IMG/VR virus record: IMGVR_UViG_3300045988_112752
DNA length: 64,000 nt
Direction: 5' to 3' (one strand)
DNA from: a virus
Positions 1 to 9,100 of the stretch are shown in pieces. The number at the start of each line of letters is the position of its first letter. The stretch's first letter is position 1. The notes under the pieces were generated by a model that saw only the letters and a program-made list of their open reading frames with translations, was not told the origin of the DNA and did no database searches. The translations under genes and the position numbers were made by a program.

Positions 1-1027
1 AAGCCACACGGCGCAGCTCTCTTAGATAGCCATCAGCAAACTTTTTTGAGCGCAGAAACATCTGCATTTCAAAATCTTCTTCTGGCGTAATCAGATACTC
101 ATAGTCGTAAACCAGTTCGGCATCATCCGCAGGAATGAGCTTGTAGTTTACCGCCATATCCACCATACTTTTTGTCACGTGCTTGCCATGATTAGGCATA
201 ATGCGAAACTGCCCCTCATGCTTCATCATCTTCAATGCCACGGCACGGATCATCGTGCGCAGGTCTGCCCCGACCACATGCACCGAGTGCCCTGTCTTCT
301 TGGCATTATAAAGAAGGTCGTTGTAGCGTATCACCTTGTTGGCGTAATCCTCCAACTCTTCCTGCACCCACCGATACGTCTTGCCCTTGAACGGACCTGT
401 CTCTACGGTCAAGTCCAGTTTTTCCTCCTCTTTCTCTAACCACGAGCCCTTGGCAGTGAGCGAGGCATCCGAGAGAAAGCGCGTGCTCTTATACATCGGG
501 TTGTAGTCGGAGAAGTTGATGTTGCCCAAGGGGTGCGTCTGTCCCGAAAGAGCCGGCATCAACTCGTCCGTCACTTTCTTATATGGAAAGAACCTCGCCT
601 CGTCGCCCACCATAGCCGAGAAGGTGTAACTGTTGGCACTTGCAGTCTGCGAGAGCGAGATAAGCACCCAGCCCGAGCCGTTGGCAAACCATATGTAGTT
701 GTCGTAGTTCTTCGGCTTGAAGATACTCTCCCGCACATGTTTGGGCGGTCGTCCCCAGCCGAAATGTATTCCTTGCGTAAAACCGAACATACGTTCCATG
801 GCCGCCATCGTACTCGGTATGGTCTTGCCGAAGCCTTGCTGACGCGACACTGCTACCCATGCACCGAGCATACCAGGCATGGAGTTAGAGGCCGTCCAGA
901 CGTAGGGAGCCACCAATCCGTCGGTCTTACCCACACGGCGGGCAGCAATCACTCGCTCGTCTTTGGCTCCCATGTATAGCGACTGCTGCTGAAACTTAGT
1001 CAAGTATATATTGTGTGCTTGCTGCAT
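1..1027 (-). CDS. terL: Terminase large subunit, N-terminal 342 codons; C-terminus lies left of the window
   Basis: Own translation of the minus strand from the ATG at 1027-1025 is open to position 1. It is absent from the ORF track because there is no stop in the window. MQQAHNIYLTKFQQQSLYMGAKDERVIAARRVGKTDG (Walker A-like RRVGKT) ... YTFSAMVGDEARFF (Walker B-like). Track ORFs 179-439, 533-979 and 579-860 are off-frame shadows. Confidence 0.8.
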   Translation of the reverse strand, partial: MQQAHNIYLTKFQQQSLYMGAKDERVIAARRVGKTDGLVAPYVWTASNSMPGMLGAWVAVSRQQGFGKTIPSTMAAMERMFGFTQGIHFGWGRPPKHVRESIFKPKNYDNYIWFANGSGWVLISLSQTASANSYTFSAMVGDEARFFPYKKVTDELMPALSGQTHPLGNINFSDYNPMYKSTRFLSDASLTAKGSWLEKEEEKLDLTVETGPFKGKTYRWVQEELEDYANKVIRYNDLLYNAKKTGHSVHVVGADLRTMIRAVALKMMKHEGQFRIMPNHGKHVTKSMVDMAVNYKLIPADDAELVYDYEYLITPEEDFEMQMFLRSKKFADGYLRELRRVA

Positions 1028-1029
1028 GT

Positions 1030-1197
1030 CTTTGAGTGTTGAGTTTTGAGTGTTGAGTTTTGATTTATCGGCTATGCCGATTTTGAGTTGTAGAGTTTTG
1101 AGTTTTGGATTTCATTCGGACGTTGAATAATTCAAAAGTGAATAACTCAAAATCGCCAACGGCGACAATTCAAAATTCAAAACTTAAAACTCAAAAT
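1030..1197. repeat. Imperfect inverted repeat made of GAGTTTTGA / TCAAAACTC units; each arm carries a short GC palindrome (ATCGGCtatGCCGAT, TCGCCaacGGCGA)
   Basis: Read directly. Left arm about 1033-1098 and right arm about 1125-1197 are largely reverse-complementary (e.g. gccgattttgagttgta vs ggcgattttgagttatt). Lies between the 74-aa ORF and the terL start. Confidence 0.6.
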
Positions 1198-1415
1198 TTC
1201 ACGTGCCCCACGTGCCATTTATTGCAAGTCCTACACCTATACACCGTATATCCCTGTGTCTTGAGCTTCGGGTTTTCCTGCAAGAACTCCCACGCATCAT
1301 CCTCCGTCTCGTAAACCTCCTTAGCTTTCCATGAGTGCTGCTTGCGTGTATAGTGCTCAGGGTCCGGCTTGAATGGCGGCACCTTGTTGAAGTATTTGTG
1401 TCTGTTGTTACCCAT
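1191..1415 (-). CDS. Hypothetical small protein with CxxC...H motif (CRTCNKWHVGH)
   Basis: ORF track 74 aa; tiles tightly in the minus-strand packaging operon between the MTase and terL. Confidence 0.5.
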   Translation of the reverse strand: MGNNRHKYFNKVPPFKPDPEHYTRKQHSWKAKEVYETEDDAWEFLQENPKLKTQGYTVYRCRTCNKWHVGHVKF

Positions 1416-1427
1416 GTGTTGTTTATA

Positions 1428-2128
1428 TTAAAATAGTGAGAGTTGCGCCTGCTCCAACTTTATGCGCTCGCAAGCCTTCTCGTAATACTCCTTGTTGAAC
1501 TCGAAGCCGATAAAGTTACGCTTCTCGCGGATGGCGGCAATAGCGGTGGTGCCGCTACCCATGAACGGGTCGAGAACAATATCTCCTTGCAGACTTGAGT
1601 TGACGATATGCTTTTCAATGAACGACAGAGGTTTTATTGTAGGGTGTCCCCAAGCTTTTTTGTCGGCAGAATTAAGAGGTGTAATGAAATACGTTCCTTT
1701 TGTTGAAACATCTCCGTATATTTGCACTCCCTTTTCTCTGAAGAACAGACAATACTCGGTATCAGTAATGTATTTGTTGTTACATGCAGGAATAGGATTT
1801 GTCTTATGCCATGTAAGCAAATTCCAGTTACATCCCTTTCCTCGCACGAAATAGTCTAAGTAAATGGGTATTTGCTTTTGACTACACCACAAGTATATAT
1901 TTATTCTCTTCATTACCCTACAACACTCGTCGAGAACTTTAAGGTCGAAGCCACTTTTTATTTCTTCGAGTTCTTTTACGTATCGTTTGTCGTCTTGTGT
2001 GTAAATTCCCCACCCATATTATCTAACAGATAGGGAGGGTCGGTCACTATTAACGAGACGCTTCCGCCCGGAATCCTTTTCATTCCGTCGAGGCAGTCTT
2101 CATTATATATTTTATCCAGTTCTATCAT
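1428..2128 (-). pseudogene. N6/N4 (beta-class) DNA methyltransferase interrupted by a frameshift
   Basis: Own translation from the ATG at 2128: MIELDKIYNEDCLDGMKRIPGGSVSLIVTDPPYLLDNMGG..., stop at 1978-1976. The other frame continues IYTQDDKRYVKELEE...CRVMKRINIY into track ORF 1428-1913, which ends DPFMGSGTTAIAAIREKRNFIGFEFNKEYY. DPPY and FxGSGT motifs are present. The frames join if the C4 run at 2008-2011 had one more base. Confidence 0.75.
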
Positions 2129-2273
2129 AATTGTGTTGTTTACGATTCCTCTCCAAAGTCTATTTTAAGCTGCTGAAACCTCTCGGCATACCATTGTCTG
2201 TATGACTTGCCCGAAATCCACCAGTCGTAGATGTTCTCCGCTATTTCGTTTTCTTGCCCCCCCCGTCAAGCGG

Positions 2274-3419
2274 TCAGAGGAGAGGCGACCTGAAAACCCG
2301 CGTTCGGCAAGTTTCCATATTCCTCGGTTCTGTCTCCCAGTTGCTGTTTGTCCGCATCCACTGCTTGCAGATGCGGAACGTCGGCATTGCTGCTCCTCGT
2401 ATTCTTGAGATTTTCCCCCCCCCAGTCGAATTGTTTGTAGAATCGAGACCTGTCCAATGTTCGGGGGCGGGATGCTTGATGTAGCCGCCTGCATCCTGAG
2501 CAATCCTCTGACGTTTCAGAGAGGCATCCAGTCTTTGCGGATGTTCCACCAGATATATTCTTTTTTTGAATACCTCCCCGTTTCGGATGGCCTTGATAGC
2601 CTTAATCCATCCTCGCTTGACATGTGGATAACGCTCGTTTTCAAGCATTTTTTGCTTGTGCGAACTCATAGGGCAACCTATGCAGCCTATGCGGTGCCAG
2701 CCTTCGTCGTAGAGTGAGCAATGCGGAACTTTCACAACATCATTAAGAAATTCCCATACATCCTGCTCCGTCCAGTAGATGATGGGCGATATTAGCAAAC
2801 TCTCTTTGCCGTGGATGCAGCCCAGCGTCTGTTCCTCGTCGGCATTGGTGATATTCACTCCGTCCGCCTTCGACTTCCGCTTCATGCGTTTAGCCTTCTG
2901 CTCCTGTCGGTATTCTTCCAGTCCGTCGAGGTCGCCGCTAAACTTTCGGTTGTTTATCTCCACCTCGTTGCGTTTGGCTCGGCGCGAACTCTCTGCCTTG
3001 CGTATGCCGATAAGCGTAACCTTGCCAGCACCTGCCGTTTCCTTATATTCGGCACAACACCAACGTATACGCATCGTTGGCAATATCTGTTTCTCGATGG
3101 CGTGCTGGAAGATTGATTTGCCGGGCTTTATCAGTTCCACTTCGGGATAGTTCTTCTTCACGAAGCGTATCACTTCTGGAGGATCAACACTCGTAAGGTT
3201 CATGTGACCCTTGAACTTCACTCCTGCCAACTGCGTCATGTGGTAAAGAGTCTGCGAGTCCTTGCCACCGCTAAATGCCAAGTAATAACCCTGCTCGGCA
3301 TCATAGTTGAGCGCAATCTTTTCCGCCTTTTGCAACAGCTCCACCGAGTGAAGCATTTTTTTGCGCAATCGTGCCGAAGCGCGGTCTAATGCTTCGGCAA
3401 GCGTAATGTCTATATTCAT
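2274..3419 (-). CDS. PAPS reductase / PP-loop ATP pyrophosphatase family protein; 3' end unclear
   Basis: ORF track 381 aa. Has YLAFSGGKDSQ (SGGxDS PP-loop) and a CIGCP cysteine motif. The last ~60 aa look non-protein-like and the region 2140-2500 switches frame at two homopolymer tracts (see findings). Confidence 0.75.
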   Translation of the reverse strand: MNIDITLAEALDRASARLRKKMLHSVELLQKAEKIALNYDAEQGYYLAFSGGKDSQTLYHMTQLAGVKFKGHMNLTSVDPPEVIRFVKKNYPEVELIKPGKSIFQHAIEKQILPTMRIRWCCAEYKETAGAGKVTLIGIRKAESSRRAKRNEVEINNRKFSGDLDGLEEYRQEQKAKRMKRKSKADGVNITNADEEQTLGCIHGKESLLISPIIYWTEQDVWEFLNDVVKVPHCSLYDEGWHRIGCIGCPMSSHKQKMLENERYPHVKRGWIKAIKAIRNGEVFKKRIYLVEHPQRLDASLKRQRIAQDAGGYIKHPAPEHWTGLDSTNNSTGGGKISRIRGAAMPTFRICKQWMRTNSNWETEPRNMETCRTRVFRSPLL

Positions 3420-3439
3420 GTCTTTATAAATTGATTAAG

Positions 3440-4204
3440 CTAACCATTGGATTCTTCACTCTTCGTTCTTCCCTCTTCACTTTCTGTCTCCATATACTCG
3501 AAGTAGTCCGGTTCTTCCGGCTTCTCACCACTCAGCAACTCCTCATCCTCAATCTCCTGAAGGTCTTTTGTGGTAAGACCATACTTGCGGGCCATGCGCT
3601 GCTTCTCCTCGTCGGTGTAGTTGATGCGGTCGCGCTTGACGATGCTCACGTCCTGCGTGATGGCAATGCGACTCATATCCGGCATCTCGTCCGTAGCGTC
3701 GCGCTCCTCGTCGAAATCCTTGTAGATTTTGCCCAGTGCCTCCATGCCCTTAGCCACGGCACGGTCATTGTTCTGCTGCTTGCCCGTGCGGATAAGCCAT
3801 TCTGCCGAACCGAGAAACATAGCCTTGTGGCGCGGACTCTCATCCGTCTGGAAGAAACGGATAAGATGGTTGCACACCAGCACGTCGTTGTTTAGCTCCG
3901 TAACGGTGCGCGGACAGATGTTGCCCTCGTCGTCAAGCGTAATTTTCAGCGCGATCACCATTGCCTGCGCATCCTTGTTGCCTTGCGCAGCCTGATTGAA
4001 GAATAACTCATAGTCGCGTCGGGCGATATTGCGGCACACGGTGCGCGGATCAATGTCCTTGTTCTGCACCCACCTCTTGTAAAATTCAGAGCACACCTGC
4101 ATACGGTAGCGTTGCTCCAGTTTAGGGAACGCCGTCTCAATGGATGTGCCGTAGCTCAACCACTTGTCGATACGGGCGAGCGTGTTTTGTGTAAGTCCTG
4201 ACAT
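3440..4204 (-). CDS. Hypothetical protein with acidic C-terminus; first gene of the packaging operon, candidate small terminase by position only
   Basis: ORF track 254 aa; same strand and tight spacing with the PAPS-reductase-like gene, MTase and terL. No motif recognised. Confidence 0.5.
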   Translation of the reverse strand: MSGLTQNTLARIDKWLSYGTSIETAFPKLEQRYRMQVCSEFYKRWVQNKDIDPRTVCRNIARRDYELFFNQAAQGNKDAQAMVIALKITLDDEGNICPRTVTELNNDVLVCNHLIRFFQTDESPRHKAMFLGSAEWLIRTGKQQNNDRAVAKGMEALGKIYKDFDEERDATDEMPDMSRIAITQDVSIVKRDRINYTDEEKQRMARKYGLTTKDLQEIEDEELLSGEKPEEPDYFEYMETESEEGRTKSEESNG

Positions 4205-4382
4205 GCTGTCATTAGTTTATTGTTGTACTTTTCTTGCTCGTAAAATTACGATATTCTCCGTCCTCCATACGGACATCCTTAATCTCCCCGTACCCCACCA
4301 TGTCCGCTGTGCGTAGCGCCTTATAGCTATCTTTGTGGTATAAAAACAAGGATAACAACAACACAAAAACAACAACACAACT

Positions 4383-4898
4383 ATGCAGAACCCTTTTTAT
4401 GTTTCGCGAGCCATTGCCGCAGTGCTCGGCTTGCTCTGGTGCCACATTGAGCCATCAATCAATTTTATCACCGTGTGCTTCTTCGCCCTAATCATCGACT
4501 GCTACACAGCATGGCGTTGCAATCGTCGCATCTACGAAAAATATCGCGAAGAGATAAAGCGCAATCCCAAGTGTAAAATGGACGGTAAGCTGCGCTCAAA
4601 GAAGATGGCAAAGATGGTGTGGACTTTCTCCGTGCTTATCATGTGCATCTGCCTCGCCTCGTATCTCGACCGCAACATCCTCGGCTACATGAACACCCAC
4701 CTCGCCAACCAGCTCACTGCCATGTACTGCCTCGTTCAGTTCGTCAGCATACTCGAAAATGAGAGCACCTGCAACGGTGCTGCCTGGGCAAGAGTGCTTC
4801 AAAAGATTGTGGCAGACAAGACCGAGCGACACTTCAACGTGAAGCTGAAGGAGCTGATGAAGGAGAAAGAGGAATCGGCGGAGTCGGCAAAAGAATAA
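4383..4898 (+). CDS. Holin-family membrane protein (phage_holin_4_1-like)
   Basis: ORF track 171 aa. Hydrophobic segments, ALIIDCYTA and VQFVSILENESTCNG resemble the DxxTG and SIxEN signatures of this holin family. Confidence 0.6.
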   Translation: MQNPFYVSRAIAAVLGLLWCHIEPSINFITVCFFALIIDCYTAWRCNRRIYEKYREEIKRNPKCKMDGKLRSKKMAKMVWTFSVLIMCICLASYLDRNILGYMNTHLANQLTAMYCLVQFVSILENESTCNGAAWARVLQKIVADKTERHFNVKLKELMKEKEESAESAKE

Positions 4899-4922
4899 AC
4901 AATAACGAATTTTAGTAGCATT

Positions 4923-5513
4923 ATGACAATAAGCAATATTCTTGAGCATTGGGCTTCCATCTACAAGCCCCTGTCTCACCGCCCCGAGAGCGAACGCCTC
5001 GAAGACCAGAGCTTCTTTCGCATTCGCTACATCGACCTTGAGAACATTTTCTCGCGCAACGCCAACATCATCCACTCGCCGTGTATGCTCCAGAGTGTGA
5101 TCACTACGGGCGAACTCGTCGATGCTCACAAGGCAGTAGTATCTCACCAAGTGTGGTTTCTCTCTAAGCTGAAGGATGCACCTCAGAACCTCGGTCGTTA
5201 TAGTGGCACACAACTCGAACGGGCTACAAGCGACCTTGTGGAATATTGCGAGCAACTTGTGTCATGGCTCTTTGAGGTGAAGCGTACAGGTGTTTGCCCC
5301 GTCACCAAGCGCAGTTTTGCTGACGATGCGCAACTCCTTGCCGAACTTCGCAGCATTGACCCCGAATCGGTGTCGTTCGGAGTTATGCCCGACATCTATG
5401 CTAACCAGTGGCTCATAGCTGGAGTAGACTGGAAGAGTCTCAAACCGCTTTACTCTTTTCAATGTGGCATGAACGGGCAGTATATTCTACCCAAGGACAA
5501 CGGTCAAGAATAG
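4923..5513 (+). CDS. Hypothetical structural-module protein
   Basis: ORF track 196 aa; co-directional and tightly spaced upstream of the tape measure gene. Confidence 0.6.
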   Translation: MTISNILEHWASIYKPLSHRPESERLEDQSFFRIRYIDLENIFSRNANIIHSPCMLQSVITTGELVDAHKAVVSHQVWFLSKLKDAPQNLGRYSGTQLERATSDLVEYCEQLVSWLFEVKRTGVCPVTKRSFADDAQLLAELRSIDPESVSFGVMPDIYANQWLIAGVDWKSLKPLYSFQCGMNGQYILPKDNGQE

Positions 5514-5523
5514 GAGGTAGATT

Positions 5524-6099
5524 ATGGCAAGATTTACTTCTCCAGTACAATCACCCTTCGCTCCTTTGTCGCGTATCGCTCCGCTGTATCTCAGCCAGAC
5601 TCTCATGGACCTTGAGGCAAACATGCAGGCACAGCGCATTTATCCAACAGAGGTATATCGTGGCTACGAGGAGATAAACCAATACCGTAGGGAGCACGGT
5701 ATGTGGTGGTCTACGGGTGAAGGAGCAAAGTCGTTCGACGGGCATATATATCAGGCAGACGATTCCTCGGGACTGCTCACGGTAGGCATACGCTACAATG
5801 ATTATCTGCGATATGTTGACCTTGGTGTCGGCTTGACTGGACACCCGTCCGACCCTGCCGCTCACATTACGGCGGACGTGGTAGACCGCCAACGTCCGGC
5901 AAGAAATGCCAAGCGTTACATTCGCGGCAAGTGGAACCGAAGGCAAGGTAAGTCGCATCGCCCTGCCATCCTACGAACCATACGTCGACTGCGTGACCGC
6001 TACCGCAACTATCTTGCCGACTTCTACGGCTACCAAGGAGCTATTGACATTGTACAAGCTCTCGAAGGCTTTGGCGAACACGCAAAGTCTACATTCTAA
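5524..6099 (+). CDS. Hypothetical structural-module protein
   Basis: ORF track 191 aa; AGGAGG 8 nt upstream of the ATG; directly precedes the tape measure gene. Confidence 0.6.
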   Translation: MARFTSPVQSPFAPLSRIAPLYLSQTLMDLEANMQAQRIYPTEVYRGYEEINQYRREHGMWWSTGEGAKSFDGHIYQADDSSGLLTVGIRYNDYLRYVDLGVGLTGHPSDPAAHITADVVDRQRPARNAKRYIRGKWNRRQGKSHRPAILRTIRRLRDRYRNYLADFYGYQGAIDIVQALEGFGEHAKSTF

Positions 6100-6124
6100 A
6101 CACTAACACAACACAAAAACAAAT

Positions 6125-9100
6125 ATGGCAAATTTGAAGACCGAAGTAATCCTCACGATGAACGGCAAGGCTGCTATCCAGGTGCTCGAAGCCCTGAGAG
6201 ACAAAGCCAAGTCGGTTAGAGAGGAAATAGACAATCTCGACGAGAAAGCCCCCGATTTCAAGCAGCGCAAAGCAGGACTGGAAGAAGTGTATAAGGCTTT
6301 GCAGTCAGCAGAAACGGACGTTATCAAAGGTACGGAACGACTGGACCATGCCCTTCAAAATCTTACGTCAACATCACTTCAAAACCTCCGCAAGGCTTTG
6401 GGCGACGGTCGTCGTCAGTTGCAGAGTCTGTCAGAAGATGACCTGGAGGAGATCGAGGAAATACGCAAGAAGATGAAGCTGGCGGGCGACCAGGTGCGCC
6501 TGCTTGAAGGTCAGTACGTCAAAATTCCCGATGGATTAAAGAATATAAAGAATCAGTCGGACCAATGGCTCGACAAAGCCATCAAGCAGCAGCGTGATCT
6601 CGTGGGCTCATTGGAAAAGTCGGATGCGTCTTATCAGAAAAATCTCTCTACATTGAAGCAGTTGGTGGCAGAAGAAGATAGACGCAAGGGCAAGATGAGC
6701 AAGAGTGATGCTATGGCTACCGTTTCTAATAAATATGCCAATGCTTCAGAACTCCGTCGAGCCAAGACCACTATCACAGAAGTGCGCGACAAAACCGACT
6801 CTCATAAGGTGGACGAGATAGAGCAGTACAACAAAGCTCTGCTGGAGATAGACAAGCGTCTTGGTTCTATTTCCGGACAATTTGTTGACGTGCAAAAAGG
6901 CATAAGCAATGTCAGCAACCAGTCGGACCAATGGCTCGACAAGGCCATCAAGCAGCAGCGTGACCTCGTTGGCTCATTAGAAAAATCTGATGCCTCGTAT
7001 CAGCAGAACCTCGCCACATTGAAGCAGTTGGAGGCAGAGGAGGATAGACGCAAGGGTAAGATGAGTGAATCGGAGGCACATCAGACCGTGAGCAGTAGTA
7101 ATGCTTCGGCATCTGATTTGCGTCGGGCAAAGACTACGCTTACTGAGGCTCGCGATAAGACTGCCCTTAGCAATACTGGAGAAATAGACAAATATAACAG
7201 CGAACTTCAGGAGATAGAAAAGCGACTGGAGGCTGTGTCGGGTAAAGCCCAAAAGGCTTCTATGAGTTGGAAGCAGATGAAGCAGGTGTTGGCAGAGCCA
7301 AACAAGGCTTCGGGCGAAGACATCAAGCGTACAATGGAGGTCATCGCTCAGAAGATACAACAGCTCCCTGCCGGCAGTAAGTATGTGGCTGATCTCCGTC
7401 GTCAATACTCTATGCTCGAACAGACGCTCAAAGGTACTCGTATGTCACAGAGCGCCCTTAACGATATACTTACTCGTAGTAAGCAAGGCAAGGCATCCAT
7501 CGACGAGCTGCGCCGTGCCTACAAGCAACTGGAGGAAGAGTTGAACCTGCTTAACACCAAGAGTAAGGAGTTTGCCGACAAGCAGAAGTCGATGAAGGAA
7601 CTGAAGAAAAACATCGACGAGGTGACAGGTGCAGCAAACAAGCAGGGTGGGGCATGGAACACCGCCCTAAAGAACCTTACTGCGTATGTAGGATTGTTCT
7701 CGGTGTTCAACCATATCAAAGACCTTGTAACGGGAGCTATTAAGAAGAACTTCGAGTATTCGGGTTCGTTGACCGACATTCGTAAGGTTAGCGGTCTGAC
7801 GATGGACGACGTGAAGAAGCTCTCTACTGAACTGGCTAAAATTGACACCAGAACAAGCGTGGATGGACTGGCGCAGCTCGCGTACGAGGCATCTAAGCTC
7901 GGTGTAGGAAAGTACGGAGTGGAAGGTATGGCCCAGTTTGTTAGGGCCGCCGATAAAATCAATGTGGCAATCGGCGAGGAAATGGGCGAAAAAGCCCTCC
8001 CGTCTTTGCTGAAGATGACGGAGGTAATGGGTCTTATTCCAAAGATGGGACTCGAAAGATCCATTGAGGCGGTCGGCTCCGCCATGTTTAAGTTGTCTTC
8101 AACATCTACCGCTACGAGCAACGACATTACTGAGTTTGCAAAGCGATGTACGGGTGTGGCACGAACCGCGGGTATTACAACCGACCAGTTGCTTGCCCTT
8201 GGTAGCGCGTTCAGTGCACAGATGGCTTCACCCGAAGTTGCAGCCACCGCCATGTCTAAGTTTATCGTGGCGTTGCAGAAGAACCATAACTTGATAGAAA
8301 AAGACCTTGCTATCCCTGCCGGAACCATTAACGATATGTATAAGGCAGGTCACGCAATGGATGCTATCGTCCTCATTCTTGAGAAGATGAAGGAGAAGGG
8401 CAACATGAATGCTCTTGGCGAAATATTCAAGGACGTAGGCGGCGATGGTCAGCGTCTTATTTCTTCTATGGTTACAATGGCTAAGAACGTGGATATGCTT
8501 AAAGACCATCTCTACGAGTCACAAGAAGCCTTCGAGGAAGCTACCGCTGTAGGCAAGGAATACTCGATGCAGCAGATGAGCGCAATAGGCATCCTCGAAA
8601 GAGCCAATAACCTTTGGGAGAAAGCGTTTGTTAATCCTGATGGCGTGGATGCCGTGAAGGGAATGGCAGAATGGTGGTATGAGATGTCGGCAACGATGAC
8701 AAGCAGCCCTCTGCTGAAAGGTACGCTTCAAATCGCTCTGCAAATGGTATTATGGACGTTAAAGGGTATTGCGACATTACTTCCAGTTATCATAGGCTAC
8801 ATGGCTTCGCAGGGGGTTTACTCCGGATTGAAACTTCTGTATCAGTATTTAGTAGCACTCGGTATGGCTGGAAAGGCCATGTTCCAATACGTAAGAGCTC
8901 TTGTCACGGCTAACGCAGCGCAAAGTACGTTAAATAAGACAATGAAACTGAATCCGTGGATAGCCCTCGCGAGCATCATTATCGGTGTAGCAGGAGCTAT
9001 ATATGGATATACGCAACGAGCAAGGGAAGCGGCTGCGGCAGCAAAGGAGGCAGAGAAACAGGCAAACGCATGGAAGTCTACTCTTGGTCAAGCCGCCGTA

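Noticed and set aside
179-979. Track ORFs 179-439(+), 533-979(+) and 579-860(-) at the left edge
   Set aside because: The minus-strand frame starting at 1027 is open across the whole region and encodes a terminase-like protein with Walker A and B motifs. The listed ORFs are off-frame or antisense shadows.
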